31,514 bases of DNA from a virus, in UHGV virus genome UHGV-0069511. One strand, written 5' to 3'. Of the stretch, positions 30,046 to 31,514 are shown one piece after another (position 1 is the stretch's first letter; each line of letters begins with the position of its first letter). Below the pieces are notes generated by a model. The model searched no databases. It had not been told where the DNA came from and was given only the letters and a program-made list of their open reading frames with translations. The position numbers and the translations under genes are program-made.

Positions 30046-30230
30046 CGTCTTCCCTTTTTGCCTGGCGTGACCATCAGGACGCCGTTAACTATTACGTGAC
30101 GCTCGCCTTTGCTGTCTCGGTTGTACTTGAGCACTGTTCCTCTTGCGCAGGAAAGCATCCTCGCCACTTCGGTCTGATTGCCTCGTGTCTGGATAAGAAG
30201 CTCTGGTATCGTTTGAATTGTGGCGTTCAT
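30042..30230 (-). CDS. ninH: NinH-like DNA-binding protein
   Basis: 'TIPELLIQTRGNQTEVARMLSCARGTVLKY...VIVNGVLMV' resembles lambda NinH as recalled. Confidence 0.7.
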   Translation of the reverse strand: MNATIQTIPELLIQTRGNQTEVARMLSCARGTVLKYNRDSKGERHVIVNGVLMVTPGKKGRR

Positions 30231-30589
30231 ACGTTCTCCAGTTCGGTGATTTTTATTCCAAGCCTTCCGCCTGGTACTTTCACGCCACGAATTACGCGAA
30301 TGTCATCGAATTGCTCGTCGTCTTCCGCAAATCCGGCGTGGATAAGGGAGTCGAGTAAACCCTTCAGGATGTTATCGAGGTCGCGGCGGCGGGAGTCTGG
30401 AACGTCTGCGATGACTTTGATGCGGAGTCGTGATTTGGTGAAAATATCTAACTTGAGTTGGCGGATGATTTGCTGAACGTCTTTTCGGTATTTCTGGCCT
30501 TTATCGCTGATGTAGTATTGGCTTCCCCGTCTTCGCCAGTAGGTATTCACCGACGGCGGGTATGGAAGCACAAACTGATATTCGTTCAT
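30227..30589 (-). CDS. rusA: Holliday junction resolvase RusA
   Basis: 120 aa beginning 'MNEYQFVLPYPPSVNTYWRRRG', characteristic of RusA. Confidence 0.85.
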   Translation of the reverse strand: MNEYQFVLPYPPSVNTYWRRRGSQYYISDKGQKYRKDVQQIIRQLKLDIFTKSRLRIKVIADVPDSRRRDLDNILKGLLDSLIHAGFAEDDEQFDDIRVIRGVKVPGGRLGIKITELENV

Positions 30590-30876
30590 GACTTAATCTT
30601 CCCCTCCTTCAGCAGTATCGCCTGCGTCCTGATCACGCCTTCGAGGTGGTAAAGTCTGGCGTCTTTGTTGTCGAGGTTATGGGTGCGTCGGTCGACTTCA
30701 TCGTGACACGCGCTACAAGCCCATGCGCCGATCAGGTCGTCAGGTTTCATTCCCGTTCCGCAAATTCCAGCCATCCGGTAATGTGCCAGAACTGTAGTTT
30801 CAGGGTTGCCATTGCATACGCCGTAAATACGTACCTGGCATTCTCTGCCGCGCGCTTCTTTGCGTAGGTTAGCCAT
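30586..30876 (-). CDS. YbcO-like (DUF1364) zinc-binding protein
   Basis: 96 aa; 'RGRECQVRIYGVCNGNPETTVLAH...CSACHDEVDRRTH' resembles E. coli DLP12 YbcO as recalled. Confidence 0.65.
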   Translation of the reverse strand: MANLRKEARGRECQVRIYGVCNGNPETTVLAHYRMAGICGTGMKPDDLIGAWACSACHDEVDRRTHNLDNKDARLYHLEGVIRTQAILLKEGKIKS

Positions 30877-31081
30877 TTACCTTCCCTCGCAACTGAAGAA
30901 TTGACTGAAGGTCTTTTTTAATAAATATGCGAGTGCGAATTGAGCAGTAGTTTTCCTTCATTCTGGCGTAGTAATAGTCCTTTCGTTGTTTAAGCTTGTT
31001 GGCATCCGCTGTCATCCAGTCTTTTACAGCAAACTTAATTAACCAGCGGTGGCAGAGATACCATTTCAGGTAATCACTCAT
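30869..31081 (-). CDS. Hypothetical nin-region protein
   Basis: 70-aa ORF with ATG start, co-oriented and overlapping neighbours; no motif. Confidence 0.45.
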   Translation of the reverse strand: MSDYLKWYLCHRWLIKFAVKDWMTADANKLKQRKDYYYARMKENYCSIRTRIFIKKDLQSILQLRGKVNG

Positions 31082-31250
31082 CGTTTTCTTCCTCGTACAT
31101 TGAGCTATTCGGATCGCTCATCAGTTCTGCGCAGCAGTGCTCACACACGTGAACTTCCAGCACATGCAGCTTCTGACCGCAGTTAGCGCACGTTAAAGCC
31201 CGCTCGACGCTTTCTTTCTGGTATTGAAGTGATTGGGATGGACTAAGCAT
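31074..31250 (-). CDS. ninF: NinF-like protein (58 aa; below the ORF-track length cut-off)
   Basis: Manual translation from ATG at 31250: 'MLSPSQSLQYQKESVERALTCANCGQKLHVLEVHVCEHCCAELMSDPNSSMYEEENDE', resembling lambda NinF as recalled. Confidence 0.55.
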   Translation of the reverse strand: MLSPSQSLQYQKESVERALTCANCGQKLHVLEVHVCEHCCAELMSDPNSSMYEEENDE

Positions 31251-31514
31251 TATTGGCGTCCTGCATCATGAGAAATACAATCATGGCGGCGCGGAGTGTG
31301 TTGTTGTCTATGGTAATAAATTCACAAAATCTATCCGCCTCCCACCAATATTCATTCTTCATTCCAGGATTATTTCTTTCGTATGCACATATGCTGATAT
31401 GATGTTTTGCGATTACAGGCCATGAGGCGCTCGGATCATTGCAGTAGTCAGGTAAAGGGTTTAATGGCTCAAAAGTTGTATCAGCATTTCCGTAATACCA
31501 TTTGTTGGTGTTAT
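31245..31514 (-). CDS. Hypothetical protein, C-terminal part only (5' end beyond window)
   Basis: Open minus-strand frame running into the window edge, ending '...RAAMIVFLMMQDANNA' with stop at 31245-31247. Confidence 0.35.

Larger units (their letters stand above)
5637..31514 (-). mobile_element. P22-like (Sf6-like morphogenesis module) prophage, partial; early region beyond window end
   Basis: Contiguous minus-strand late operon with recognisable P22/Sf6 homologues, immI region, lysis cassette, Q and nin genes; tailspike abuts the att core. Confidence 0.85.

Noticed and set aside
1-31514. CRISPR array or insertion sequence
   Set aside because: No regularly spaced direct repeats, no transposase-like ORF and no terminal inverted repeats were seen.

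Overview
This window appears to hold two juxtaposed mobile elements from an enterobacterial (E. coli/Shigella-type) chromosome, separated by a 46-nt 3' fragment of tRNA-Thr(CGU) (thrW-type att core, 5637-5682, minus strand). All protein calls rest on motifs and on similarity recalled from memory; no database search was run. (1) Left, 1-5682: a P4/IntS-family tyrosine integrase lies directly downstream of the att core and is transcribed away from it into a visibly AT-rich, tightly coupled three-gene minus-strand operon: gamma-class N6-adenine methyltransferase, P-loop NTPase with C-terminal zinc ribbon and helix-hairpin-helix, and a protein with an R-x4-H (HEPN-like) motif. This is the strongest candidate for an undescribed defence system. 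(2) Right, 5683-31514: most of a P22-like prophage, all late genes on the minus strand. It reads tailspike, immI region (ant, arc, mnt with recognisable operators and a sar-like antisense RNA), a three-gene AT-rich moron cluster containing a PIN-domain nuclease, ejection proteins, tail needle, gp10, gp4, Sf6-like coat, scaffold, portal and terminase, Rha, a phage-21-like lysis cassette, two tRNA genes, Q antiterminator and part of a lambda-like nin region. An HNH homing endonuclease gene has invaded the 5' end of gp10, leaving a truncated duplicate of the gp10 N-terminus. Several ORF-track starts use GTG/TTG; where an ATG with a better match to known N-termini exists I moved the start. No CRISPR array or IS element was seen.
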